Positions 37,294-49,018 of a stretch of DNA of 64,000 nucleotides are shown piece by piece. The DNA is from Dudresnaya verticillata (Eukaryota). Below the pieces are notes generated by a model that saw only the letters and a program-made list of their open reading frames with translations, did not search any database and was not told the origin of the DNA. Position 1 is the stretch's first letter. Each line of letters starts with the position of its first letter. The stretch lies in contig OZ374558.1 in assembly GCA_977862235.1 (NCBI GenBank), forward strand, positions 1,054,001-1,118,000. Reading direction: 5' to 3'. Position numbers and translations under genes: made by a program.

Positions 37294-39833
37294 CTAGTTT
37301 TGGTGAAGACTCTCGCGAATCTTCTTCTGTACATTGACGGGGATACGCGAAGTGCTTGTTAAGCCACTAAATTCCACAAGCACCGAGCCAGTTGGAATCT
37401 TCCCGATCCATGGCGCTTGGTCATCTAAGATGGAAGGTTGATATCGCAGCCTATATGCGTCATGCCGTTCTTGCTCAATTGCTTCGTACCAACATATCTG
37501 CAACTGCACAGACTGTACCTTCCGGCCTCGTGTGCTCCGCAGCACCTCTTGAATCTTCGCAAAGTAGAATGGGCATTCTGGAGTGCTGCCCTCATAGCGA
37601 ACGGCAACGAAATTATTGCGCGAGAACGAGACTTGTATGTCCTCCATTAAGTCTCTCTCGTTGTCGTCGGGAAGGAACTCTAGCTCGTGCTCTTCCAGCC
37701 CTTCCCTTGAGTATTTCCCATTGGTTTCCAAGACAGCTTCTAGCTTCCAGTGAAAGGGTTCCATCCTGCCCCGATAGATGTCGTCCCGCAACTTCCGAAG
37801 CTCTTCAATATTTTTATGTCCTTTATCCGCCCTTCTTCAGAACGAATGCGGTCCCCGACTTCTTTCAAATCTGGGGGAGCACGGGCCCGAGTTGGAGGGG
37901 TTTTGGACAACTCAGGGGGGAACACAATGAAACCCTTATGCACACTGTATGTGAGTAGGGGTTTCCATTCACCGTCGCACTGTATGCGAGCCTGGTACCC
38001 CGTCTTGAAATGTGCATCAACTCCTTCCAGTTCTCCTGCCACCCTAAAGAACCGGAAGAACCTGTAATGTGAAAAGGTTTCAACCTTCCCTACGCACTTA
38101 GAATCCTGACAAAGACCTCAGAAGTTTGGAATGTGCAGTATTCTTGCAATGTGCGGCTCCGGCTGGTAGGATTTGCGCAGCTCCTCTATCATGTCATCCA
38201 TAGTGATGGCATCTCTTGTCTCCAACCTCCTTGAGGTACAACTGAAAGCCTGATCAATGTCAGAATGAGTGTGTCCTATCGGCAGAAATGAGGCTTGTAC
38301 CGCTTGAAAAACGCCCCATGCTACTAGACTTTCCAGATAGCAGAACATGAACCTGTTATTGTGCTCCCTTTTACAGTTGTCCCTCTGCAGCAGAAGCGTT
38401 GGTTGCAGATTCTCACTTGCCTTCCTGAGGCTGAGCGATCGGTGTATTGCCTCTATTACATGATTGGCACCGGATTCGTACTCCGCCGTCATGACGAAAA
38501 AGCACAACCTATTCTTAGGTCTGTGTTCCAGAACGCCTATAAGTTTCACCTTGATTGCGTGACCTACTGTAGCTTTCGTATTCACGACAAAGTGCGGCAG
38601 TCCGAATGCAGACTGGTCTGCTCCGTCTACCACAATAGAACAATACTCTTCAGGAAACATTATAGCTTTTTCCGCAGTCTTCTTGCACTGCACGCGCTCC
38701 TTCCAGACCATGGACAGATGCTGGCGTCTGCACATCCTAAACGGCCTCCCCGCCCGCTTGTCGGTACCCGCCTTGGCAAGTCCATCGCGAATCTCCTCAC
38801 ACTCTGTGCTCTTCGTAAAGCGACGTACTTTTCGGACCCTAATGTGGGAACAGTGTGCCTTCCACGTAGCGTAAAAGTAGCTCGCGCTTGCAGGTGTCTC
38901 GCCACTATACAAAAGGCCCTGGTCTGTTGTGAATTGCTCGTACACAGTCTTCCTGTCAAAATATGGCAGATGTAATTCGTCTCTGTCCGGCATATGGTCT
39001 GCAGTAGCTTCAGCAATCCTCTCGAGGTACGAAACGATTCTGTCCCGTTATTCAGAATTTGCGTCTCGCGGAGTGGCAGCGGAGAGGGATAACGAGCCGC
39101 CAAACATCTTGACAGACGTTTGCAAGTCTCGTGAAAACCCAAAAGCTTACTCTAAGAAACTGTAGCACACCAGAGCACCATTGAACCGGTAAAACCTGTC
39201 AGGATGGAGCAGGTGGAATAGATAGTCCCTCCTTTCGTTCTTTTCCATCATCAGAACACGAAGATCTTCGGCTTTGAGGTAAACCTGCTCACAGGCCTGG
39301 AAACATTTCTTTGTAGAACATCACTTCTTGAGATCCCAGTCCTCCGTGTCTATCCTCGCTAGTGCAGCCTTACGCCTTATCATCAATGCAGTCTCGCCCT
39401 TCTTGGGTCTCTTACTAACACGTGAACGATAACGATAAATTCGCTTCTTAACGGCACCAATTCCCATCGTACAGTTTCCTCTATGCTGCTCAGAACCAAC
39501 ACGATCAGCTTCTCCTCCACTCTCTGCGTCCTCATCTTGGTGATCCGGGTCAGCGAGTATTTCTGTTCCATCTGCCACCTCGTCGGCAGGTGCTGCAACT
39601 TCATCAGCAGGTTCTGTCTGTGCGCCACCCCGAGTGACAAGGTCGATAGTGGATTCCGAACCCTCACCTTCTTCGCGACGGTCTTTCCCCTCGCTTGCTG
39701 CCACCACCGCCCCCTCCACGTCATCGTCCTCAGCTTCCTGTTCTGCTACTGCTATCTGGTCTACATCCTGGCCTGGCCCCGCTTCGTGGTCTGGCCCTAG
39801 TTCTCCTAAGGTCCCCGGTTCCGCTTCGGCCAT
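37294..39833 (-). pseudogene. DUF7869-type (Sola-like) DDE transposase
   Basis: Acidic N-terminus, Cys cluster (CSTKKCFQAC), H..VRKVRRFTKSTEC, SIVVDGADQS, LLQRDNCKREHNNRF, FLPIGHTHSDIDQAFS. Read-through of a TGA at 38118 into 37740-38042; C-terminal SH3/BAH-like FVAV..PFYFAKI..ICWYE. Confidence 0.85.
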
Positions 39834-40016
39834 AACGTTGTCGTCTTCAGTGATCCCCTTCTTCTCGTTTTAAATAAGGCGGTTTGCTGGCTTTTGAGGG
39901 CGTGGTCGTAACGGCGTCTTTTCCACCGGGGTGTACTGCAGGGGAGACTCCATATCTCTATCATCTTCAAGCACAATGTCACACCTTTCCCCGGGTGACA
40001 TGAATGGGTCCGGATC

Positions 40017-40697
40017 CTACACGACTGTCTCCCGACCGCCGGCATCTGCTGCTACAGGCGTGAGAGGAGGGGTGTTAGGAGGTCTTGGGCTGCGAATGGT
40101 GCCCTTACCTTGGCCCGGTGTATGCACAGTACCGGAATCAGGGCATTCCCCCCGGTCCCTTTCAAGTAGCATTGCCTCTCCAGGGTTCATCTCTGGCCCA
40201 GACTCCATCGCCTCCTTCAGATACACAGCCATCATATCCTCGAACTGGTACAAATCCCAACAGTGCTCACCTTTACCCATTTTGTGTAGCATCTTGGGAA
40301 CCGCCCTGTCAGATAAGTACTGAAATGGGTTGGGTAGGCGCTCTGCTCCGACTAGGCAGTGCACTCGGTGGATTGCTACCCATACCTCCCCGGGGCGTTG
40401 CTCCTTATTGAGAGAATGGCCGCCAAGGACTGTGCAGAAACGACCGCTGGGGTCCTCCGTACCGGGCGGTGGCAGGAAGAGAGTGGCACGGGCCACATGC
40501 TGTCCTCCGAGAGTTATCGAGACGCGCGCACCCGGCTTAACATGGGGTTGATTAATACTTACCTCCGCGGATGCGACCTGAGGCTTCTTCCATAGCGTCA
40601 AAACGCGGCAGTAGGGGCTGGTCCGGCGATGCCTGGGAGGGAGGGCAATCAGGAGAGCTCGGAGGTCACTGCGAGGGTAAAGGTGCAGTGCATGCAC
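40017..40697 (-). CDS. Cargo ORF with Tnp1/EnSpm-like small domain, paralogous in pattern to 33554-33988
   Basis: VSITLGGQHVARATL...LGGHSL..EQRPGEVWVAIH...LPNPFQY...HCWDLYQ parallels VTLLIDKKSVGTCKV...IHGTAL..FQREGQYLVAVY...LRYPYSY...FAWDVNQ. Confidence 0.55.
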   Translation of the reverse strand: MHALHLYPRSDLRALLIALPPRHRRTSPYCRVLTLWKKPQVASAEVSINQPHVKPGARVSITLGGQHVARATLFLPPPGTEDPSGRFCTVLGGHSLNKEQRPGEVWVAIHRVHCLVGAERLPNPFQYLSDRAVPKMLHKMGKGEHCWDLYQFEDMMAVYLKEAMESGPEMNPGEAMLLERDRGECPDSGTVHTPGQGKGTIRSPRPPNTPPLTPVAADAGGRETVV

Positions 40698-40724
40698 CGT
40701 GGAAATATCTTAAATAGGTGAGGT

Positions 40725-41384
40725 TTGCGAGTACCGGAAAGATCGCAGTGCTCCAATTACTGGGTCAGGAACGAACAACTCCAGAGTAGAGATACTTGGG
40801 ATTGTATTCTGTGCAGATTCTGTGGTGCGTGCAGAACCGCCTTCCAGAACAACTTGTATCGGGAAAAATCATTCGTACACACGCGACGTGAGGCGCCAAT
40901 GACAGGTGCCGTAGAGGGTAGGAGGAGCACCCCGGGCACGAGTACTCGTGAGGGTATACCCTGGTGTGTAGGCTCCGCTTGCCAGTCGAGGTCCATGTTG
41001 TTCCGCTCGGTTCTGCTTACGGTGACAATGCGGTGGGGGCACGGGCACATCAAGGACAAGAGGAGGATACAAAGACTAACAATTTTGATGAACGTGAACG
41101 AGCTTCTTCCAAAGCAGTACAGTGCAGCTGCGGTGAAAAAGGGTACTCTGACTCCAAGTATGGACGCGGTTGAGTTTATTAATGAGCGTGTCACGGATAT
41201 GGCTACAGAGCAAGCAAACATTACCAATGTGATTACTCCACAGAATCTCGGCGTGAAGATTGCCGTGAAAACGTTTGGAGACAGTCGCTTGAACAGCGTC
41301 TGGAAGCAGCTCCTTTCCCAGCGGAGCCGCGAGGTGTACACACATCCATGTGAAACATATGCAGATATTGCAGAAGAGAACTAA
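40725..41384 (+). CDS. Hypothetical cargo protein (fragment)
   Basis: 219-aa ORF whose second half has ordinary globular composition; no motif recognised. Confidence 0.3.
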   Translation: MRVPERSQCSNYWVRNEQLQSRDTWDCILCRFCGACRTAFQNNLYREKSFVHTRREAPMTGAVEGRRSTPGTSTREGIPWCVGSACQSRSMLFRSVLLTVTMRWGHGHIKDKRRIQRLTILMNVNELLPKQYSAAAVKKGTLTPSMDAVEFINERVTDMATEQANITNVITPQNLGVKIAVKTFGDSRLNSVWKQLLSQRSREVYTHPCETYADIAEEN

Positions 41385-42491
41385 TCGTTTGCAGCTCTTG
41401 CAGACATGCTCGCAAAGACCACAGATGACTTAGTCATTTGATAGGTTGGTCACGACGGATGAGTCATTATCAAACCACGAGGGCCGGAGAGGTTGTCGTC
41501 TCGCGAAGGGGATAAACTGAATGTACTTACTGTGTTGTGGAATGAGTAGTTAGAGGCCACGGCAAAGCACCAAGCACATACGTACGTACTTACACACACA
41601 CATCGAATGACACATACGCCACTCGCGACCACGTGCACGGGCGTGCACGGGCACATGCACATCACCACTTGGGAATACAAAGATCGCCCGTGCCCGATGT
41701 TGTTGCTCAGTTAGCAATCTACTGAAGGGCCATTTCGAGAGACTTCTCTCGACTAGTTTTATTCATAAGTAAGCTGTGTAATGACGTCAACAGTACTGTT
41801 TTGAAGAACCTACCATACCGTTGTACCCAAGCCGGCCGTGCTGGCATCCAGCATCTCACGAACCAGCCCTGCACGGGCAACGGAGCGGTATCCCAAACGT
41901 TTGCGACAAGTCAATGGCATATGGCACAGCAATGCTTGTACTAGGCTAGCACTGTCTCCATCCGCCCCATTGTTTACTTCGCACCTTCAAAGTCCAGAAA
42001 CAGAATGCCAAACGTGTTCCACATCACACAGCACACAAGTCCTCCTCATCCAGTTTAGGCCATTAGTTACCGCTGCGGCTTGGGAGTCGCGTCGTGTAAA
42101 CCATAAGGATTTCACTGCAGCATTCAGCCGCTGGGGCGTCTGATCGAGGACTTGATCACTAGGAGCAAGTATCAGCAGCAATCAAGCGGGCGATCATTAG
42201 CGGCGGTCAGACAGGCGGCAACTAGACCGGAGAGCAGTAGCGGCGGGCAGACGCGCGGTAGACATTCGCGGCGAACAGATGAGCAGCAGGCGAGGCGAGG
42301 AGGAGTAGCAGCAGATGCGCGGTAGACAGTCGCGGCGAGCAGGCACAGCGAGCAGGCGGGCGACCAGTAGTAGCAGCAGACGCGCAGCTGGCAGGCGCGG
42401 CGAGAAGGCACAGCGAGCAGGCGGGTGACCAGTAGTAGCAGCAGACGCGCGGCTGGCAGGCGCTCGTCCAGCAGATGAGTAGCGAGCAGGC

Positions 42492-42706
42492 GGGCGTGCA
42501 GGAGCGGCGGGTATGGGCGGCGAGCAGGGACGTTGGGCACGGGGGGCGTACAGGAGCGGCGGGCAGGGGCGACAGCAGTGGTGAGGCGAGTGCGCTGGTG
42601 GCCCTGGGGGCGCTCAGGGCGAGGGAAAAATCTAATTAAAATTATTTTACGGAAATTCGGAAAAGTGTGAAACTTTCGGAAACGTTTGGGCGGTGTACAG
42701 ACTATG
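42492..42706 (-). repeat. Right terminal inverted repeat
   Basis: Reverse complement of 28455-28670; preceded by G-rich subterminal repeats from ~42170. Confidence 0.92.
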
Positions 42707-43311
42707 TTTAGTACGCCGCAACTTCTGAACTAGTTGCGCTATAGACAAACGAAATCCACCGTTGTTCTCAGCGCATGCTCCTGGTGCCATAGAGTTAAAG
42801 AAACCGGGGTACAATTTGGTACTGTTTTGCAAAGTTGATTCTGAATATCTCGAAAGTAGTGTTAAGTGTCAGACGCACGGCGACATACACGCGCGCGCAC
42901 CTCCCGCGGGGGATACTTAGTATACGGGGTGAACCGCCTTGACAATAAAGTGCCAAGCTGGCTTAGGGACCGGAGGATACCCCCAAATTCGCCCCCGGGG
43001 ACGACACCGTGTGCGACCTGGGCCTACGTATCCTGTTCCGTTGCCTGTCTTCATTACATTTACTGGTGTAACTGCCTTTATCGCTTTACGTGCACTACAG
43101 AACTTCTACGTGAACCGGGGGTTTACAGTCGACCCCGACCACGTTCTCAACCACCCGGGGCACACCCCCTTGTCCTGGCTGCTGTACCACCCTGTCGACG
43201 CCCGCCTCACCGCATGGTGTTTTGCTACCACTCAGCGGGAGACCGCGCGAACACGGTAGGGGCAATCCCCGTTGCTTTCGAGTGTTGACCACACATGCCC
43301 ATGGACGATAT

Positions 43312-43790
43312 TGTGGTGCAAAGCATCTGTGGACTATCTACACCCCCGGACAGTTCGGCGTCCGGTGCGTAGCCGATTGTAGCAGGGTAGGTGTGGTAGA
43401 GCGAAGGGGACTCGCCGAGGGCGGACTGTAAACGCGCTGGACTGTAAAGGGAAAACAAAGGAACAAAAGGAAAAACGCCGAAGGAAACACGTCTCGGACG
43501 CAGTGCGGACGCGAGAGCGCGGTAGTTCAGACTCTTGAGCCTCAGGGCTAGCGGGTAGGTACGCGTAGCGCGAGAAGGGTAATCTGCACCAAGGCCGGCT
43601 TGCCGGGAGTTTACCTTCACGTCTGGGACGGATCACCTAAGTATAAAACAACTACCCAGCGGCGGCGTTGCGCACGCGGCGCGCGGGAACTCGGGACACG
43701 TGTTGTCCCGAGGCGCGTCTGACACGTTTCGTCCGTCATGCAGCCGCGCATCAGACAGAGTCACGCGTAGCGCGCCACGTGAGTGCTCAA
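43312..43790 (-). repeat. LTR family A, 3' half
   Basis: TGTGGTGCAA terminus at 43312; closely alignable to 9200-9560. Confidence 0.8.
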
Positions 43791-44329
43791 ACAACCCTTG
43801 TAAACATTTTCAAAATGTGAATACATGGAGGATGATTGGGGATAAAAATTCATTTGGATGTGGGCTGCAAACGGATGATAGGATTACCAATGGGGCTCAA
43901 TGGAGATTGTGTGGAGGGTGATCGGAGGACGCCGTCATCATAACAACACGTCCTTCGTAAATTCTCCGATCACCATCCATACGTCCTCCAAACGTCACCT
44001 TGCCCTCCAACGGTGCGCAATTTGGCCTCCAGTTGAGGACGAGTAGTCCGAACGTAGTCCATAATATTTACTAGGCTACGTTATGCAGAATGATATCAAA
44101 CGTACGGAACGGAGCGGTGTTGTTGACAGGTTTCTTGGACTTGTCAGGTGCAGAAGGGCCAGACTATTCAGTCTCGTGGAGGAGGAGAAAATTGCGCTTC
44201 CCCACCGGTCCCCGCTCTTTGACGGTGGCCCCTCTTCTTCACAACCAGGCGGTGCCTTACTTGCCTCAACAACAACCGCGGCGGATCCAGCGAGTAACAC
44301 GGGGACCTCGCCAGACGCGGAGACGCCTC

Positions 44330-44954
44330 AAAATCTGAACTATGCGACACCGAGAATTCTTGGGCTAGCCGAGCTTACGCCCCTCGCAGCAGATCCCCAC
44401 GACCACTCGTCGCAATCCGTCTCTGACGATGAGGGGGGCCGAAGAATTGGCACTCGTCTGACCATGCCGCCGCCGCACAGCCGGTTATCAAGGATGGTCT
44501 CGCTTCAAGCGGGCCCACCACGGGCACCGAGGAACGCGTCAAGGCGAATAGCACCGCCGAAGGCGAAGTAACCGTCCGCAGACGCCGAGAACCAACTGCT
44601 ACACAAGAGCCTGTGGGACCAGCCCAGCGCCCGAGGTGATCATCCCGTCTAGTACGCTTCGCTGAACCGGTACAGAAACCCACCACGCAACGAGAGCGAT
44701 CGCCGAAGGCGTCGAAAGGAACGAAGCGTGCACCGGTCGCTGCAAGCGAGAAAGAATACGTTATCGAACGAGTAGACTCGCATGCGTATGCGGAGGATGG
44801 CGAAATCCTATACGGTGTCAAGTGGTTTGGATACCCCGCTTCAGCGACAACTTGGGAGCCAGTCTCCAGCCTGCCGCGATCAAATGTCATGCGATACCAC
44901 CATCAGAAATGTATGCGCCTCCCAACAAACATCGACGACGCGCAGCGCGGATAG
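44330..44954 (+). pseudogene. C-terminus of a chromovirus-type gypsy integrase (chromodomain)
   Basis: 44748-44954 translates EKEYVIERVDSHAYAEDGEILYGVKWFGYPASATTWEPVSSLPRSNVMRY...*, a chromodomain signature (Y.ie.I...Y.VKW.GY.....TWEP). Not in the ORF track. Confidence 0.85.
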
Positions 44955-46256
44955 CCCGAACCAAGGGGAATCGCTGGAAGCGAGTGGACAGGGAAGCAAA
45001 AATAGGCACGCACAATCTGCGACTTCCGTCGCTAAAGGACGCGCACATACGTCATAGACGAACGATCAGACGCAAAGATCGTGTCGCACGCCCACGTGCA
45101 GGATCGAAAGGTCAAACAGGAGGGCCCGTAAAGGGGGGGCGAATGGCTGACAGTAAGACAGTAAGCCGACGAAGGGCACACGCGCCACAAAGAAAGCACA
45201 CGAAATAGTCGGAAATTTTAATGACAAACAGGGGACAGAAAAGCCGCCCACAAATCAGCGGCTGGCAAACACGAGGCCGCCAAGTGTGCGCCCAGGAGCT
45301 ACGGGCACCCACGGTGGAGGGAACAGACACCACCACGGGAACACCGTCTTGGACGCCTGCGCACCAGCAGAACACAGCCAAGCCGCGGAACCGCTCACCC
45401 TTACGACCAAAGGACGGCACAACCCTAGCTAAAACTGTAACGAAACGTCCACGACGTAACTAGGATAGGGTGCAAGCACCCCCAGGTCCAAAAAGGAGCA
45501 GGACGTCGAAGACGCCCTTCGGTTCCGTACACGACGCGCCGAAGGATGGCAAAATGACTCCGCCGCTGGGCGCCACTCTCACGGCGCCAGTCACCGGACG
45601 GCTATTCCACACCCGTCGCGAAAATCGTCAACGACGGCACTACACGCAGGATGACTCGCTAAGCCCCTATCACGATCGACCTAAGCCGTTACGGCGATCG
45701 TCCTCGTCAAAGACGCTAACAAATCACACCACAACCTAAGAGAAAAAGGGGACAACCACCTCGTTACGACAGCGGAACCACCAACACGACTATGTCGGAC
45801 ACCGCAAAAGGGAAAGCGCTACGACAGCGAAATGAGACAAGGCGGCATCACGCCGACGCAACGCCGTCACACGGCTAAGGCACAGACGCTACCGCAGCGA
45901 ACACCGATCAACTACGAAGTCGCTCGACATACCCCTCACTAATATAGCCACGGCCAACGCAGCTACGCTATCGCAGCGAACACAGCAAAAGCGACTCAAG
46001 GTCGGAAGGCAACTACGCTTCGCTCGACGTAAGGAGGAGTAATGCAACACACGTTGACAACGACCCAGCTTACTAGTTACGCACACGGGGATCAACGCCG
46101 CACTCGCACTAAGCTATCACCGCAGCCAAACGCCACAAAAGGCGCTACGCTAATATCGTTAATGACGTATGGAAACCCCCGCCCGTCAACTCAACAAAAG
46201 GAGTTGACGAACCTCTCAACACGCACTCTCGTGTCCGCTATTCGATCATAATGATG

Positions 46257-47222
46257 CTAAGTCTTTTTTGTCACAGACGACTCCGGCAAGACGCCCTGTA
46301 CAGCGCCGTCGCCGGACTCCCTCAACGCCTCTTCATAGAGGTTGTCTTCCGTCATTGACGGTAAGCCCTGATTAACAACGGAGGGGACGGACCGCAAGGG
46401 ACCCGCCACCACCACCGCTGATGGAGCAGTCGAGGCACGCGCCGCCGGGGAAGAGCTCGGCTCGACAATCGCCGTAGGCGCAACCGTGGAAGCACCAGCC
46501 TCAGGTGATTCACCAACAGCAACCGCCTTCGGTGTAGAGTTGAAATCTTGATCCGCCTTCGACGTCACCGCAAGGTCCGTCTTGTTAGACGGAACATCCT
46601 CGGTAGTCGCCTTAGGCGTTGTTAATTTAACACCCGTCACAGAAGTGGGAACTCCGGTCGCTTTCGGAGCCGTCGAAGACGTCACTGCAACCTCAGTCGC
46701 ACTTGCCACGGGCGGTGTAGTATCATTACCATCTGCAGACGTTACATTGGAAGGACCCAGGCCACTCGCCTTAGGCGTTGAAAGCTTCTCAGCTATTCAG
46801 TCCCTCGACGTTGTACTCACAGGCACGGTCGCGGGCGAAGTCAACATGCCGGTGGTGGACGAGTCAGCCACTAAGGGGCGCCCCACCCATTCGTTGGGTG
46901 AACCGCTCAAGCCGTCCGTGACGACACCAGCCGCCTGCAACAATGCAAGCACTGTAAGACGCTGCTCGTCGGTCCAGACCGGTGATACCGAGGTATCACG
47001 GGACCCACCTACCACTTCGGGCACACCGCCTGGCGGCGCGATAGTAGGCGGTCCTGGCTCCACCACTGGCGTGGCCATAATGGCATCGCCATCAACGTCC
47101 CCGACCGGCGATATCGCCAATGGCGGGCTAACCGCCGTTGGCGCGAACACGTCGTGGACGTACGAATGGCTCACGTGCGTACGGACAGCGGATTCGGCGC
47201 CTCCCACGCGTACGCCGGGCAC
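46257..47222 (-). pseudogene. Antisense low-complexity ORF in the gypsy 3' region
   Basis: Thr/Ala/Val/Pro-rich frames 46797-47222 and 46257-46709, same frame with one stop, between integrase end and LTR. Confidence 0.45.
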
Positions 47223-48757
47223 TGTACGGTGCTACACGTGGACCACGAGGCACCGCGTGCCAGCAAGGGCGCGATCCAGATGGGCATCCGGATCAACAGT
47301 GGTGTAAGGCTACGGATATGTAAGGCTAGCTCGGATCTAGATGCGATCTAGATCGAGGATCGGGATCGGGCGTCGGAGCTAGACTGATGTAATGCGTGCA
47401 CCTGTAATGACAACGCACCCGTAATGTTGTCGCGAATCGGGATGAGAATCGGGATTACTGTAGTATAGACGTCGGGTCGATCCGACGTCTGATACTTGCT
47501 GGTCCGAAGCCGCCACACAGACCTGTCGATGGGTAGCTGTTGGGGTTGGTAGAGCGGTGTCGGCCGCGTGCGCCCCGCAGGTGCGGATCGACGGCGTCGA
47601 TGCCGGAGCGCGCACGGGGCGTACCGTACGCGGGTAGGCAGCGGCCGGATCCCAGCGTCCCTGTCGAAGGGCGGCACGAAGCCGACGGAAAGGAAAAGGA
47701 AAGGGGAAAGCCTAGCGAGGCAAGGGGAAAAAGGGAAACCGCCCGCTGGCGTAAGGCAAAGGGATCGAACCCGAAAAGGCTGGGGGCAAGCTTCAGCGCG
47801 AGCTGTTGCTTGCCCGGTTTACTGAGCCGTCGATGGCCGACGGTCTTAAATACCCTACAATATGTCCACTACGACTACTTCTACAGTAGGTGCGCCCCAC
47901 AACACCAACGCGGGAGGTGTGCGAGCGCGCGCCCATACATGTGTCGACACGTCCGGGTAACGGTTACCCGTGGGCGCGCGAGGGGGGCAACGGGCAGCAG
48001 CCCTCTCAACGGCTCGATGCCGGAGAGCGTCACAGGGGCGCGCCGTGTGCGGCACGGCGCGCGGCCGCTGCCGGCAGCAATGCGGTCGACCACTACTAAT
48101 TCAACGAAAAAACTAAGGGCACGCTGCCCAACCACGACTCGCCAGCGGGCATCATCGTGTGCACCATTACAGTGCAGGGCTGCCAGCATACCTTACAGCC
48201 GCTGCTGGTAGGGTGCTGACAGCTATACTACAATTACACACACTGTCACGCGCCCGCACCTGTAGGGGGAACATGGCCACGTGTGGGTGTAAGCACGAGT
48301 ACAGGACACGGAGGAAAAGTCTGTCAGACCCCTGGCTGCACTGCGCAGCAAACCTGTCAGACGCACCGCGGCGTAACACGTGTCCTGAGTTCCCGCGCGG
48401 CGCCCCCGGCGCCCGCGTTAGAAATAGTGCATAGGTAACCCGTCTAGGACGTTGGAGTAAACTCCCGGTAAGCTGGTCTTGGTCCAGACTACCCCTTCCG
48501 CACCACGCGTACCTACCCGCTGGCCTCCAGGCGAACGCGTCTACCCCCGTGCTTCCACAATCAGCCACTGTCGTTGACGTGTTTTCTTTTGTTCTCTTTT
48601 GTTCTTTCTTTCCGCCTCGGGCGTTTACACTCCGCCCAAGGCGTTTTAACCGCTCTACCACAATCGCCTAAGGCAAGGATACTCACTGCCTCAGGCGTCG
48701 TTACCCACCGAGCCCCGAACTGCTCGGCGGTGTTTCGTCCAGGATGTTTGCACCACA
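47095..48757 (+). repeat. LTR family A copy, interrupted by 47459-48232
   Basis: Alignable to 10740-11701; ends TTGCACCACA at 48757; 5' TG end not seen. Confidence 0.75.
47459..48232 (-). mobile_element. 774-bp solo LTR (family B)
   Basis: Perfect 10-bp inverted ends TGTAGTATAG/CTATACTACA; perfect TSD ATTAC (47454-47458, 48233-48237). Confidence 0.92.
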
Positions 48758-49018
48758 GCAATGGCGATTGCGGCAAAACGATCAGGAAACAACCACACAG
48801 CAGTGTTGGGACTTACAAAGCGCCTATGAACGGGTAGATAGGGCGATGCACCTCCATCTGTGCGCGGACCGGCTACCGCCCGAATCTCTTTGCGATGACC
48901 CCACACTGCTCGAACCCGTACGGATTAGAACGGTTCGAAACGCTACTGGTACCTACGGTGAAAGACATAGGGGAGTGGTACAGGGCTTGCACTTACGCCC
49001 AATGATTTTCAACCTCTT

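Larger units (their letters stand above)
28455..42706. mobile_element. 14.25-kb cut-and-paste DNA transposon with long TIRs and multiple cargo genes
   Basis: CACAGTCTGTACCCCCCAAACGTTTCCGAAAGTTTCACACTTTTC... is mirrored at 42706 leftwards; possible 4-bp TSD TTTC/TTTA; DDE transposase inside. Confidence 0.9.

Noticed and set aside
43905..43985. Short inverted repeat GGTGATCGGAG/CTCCGATCACC as a MITE or terminator
   Set aside because: Only 11 bp, with no TSD or defined ends; insufficient support.
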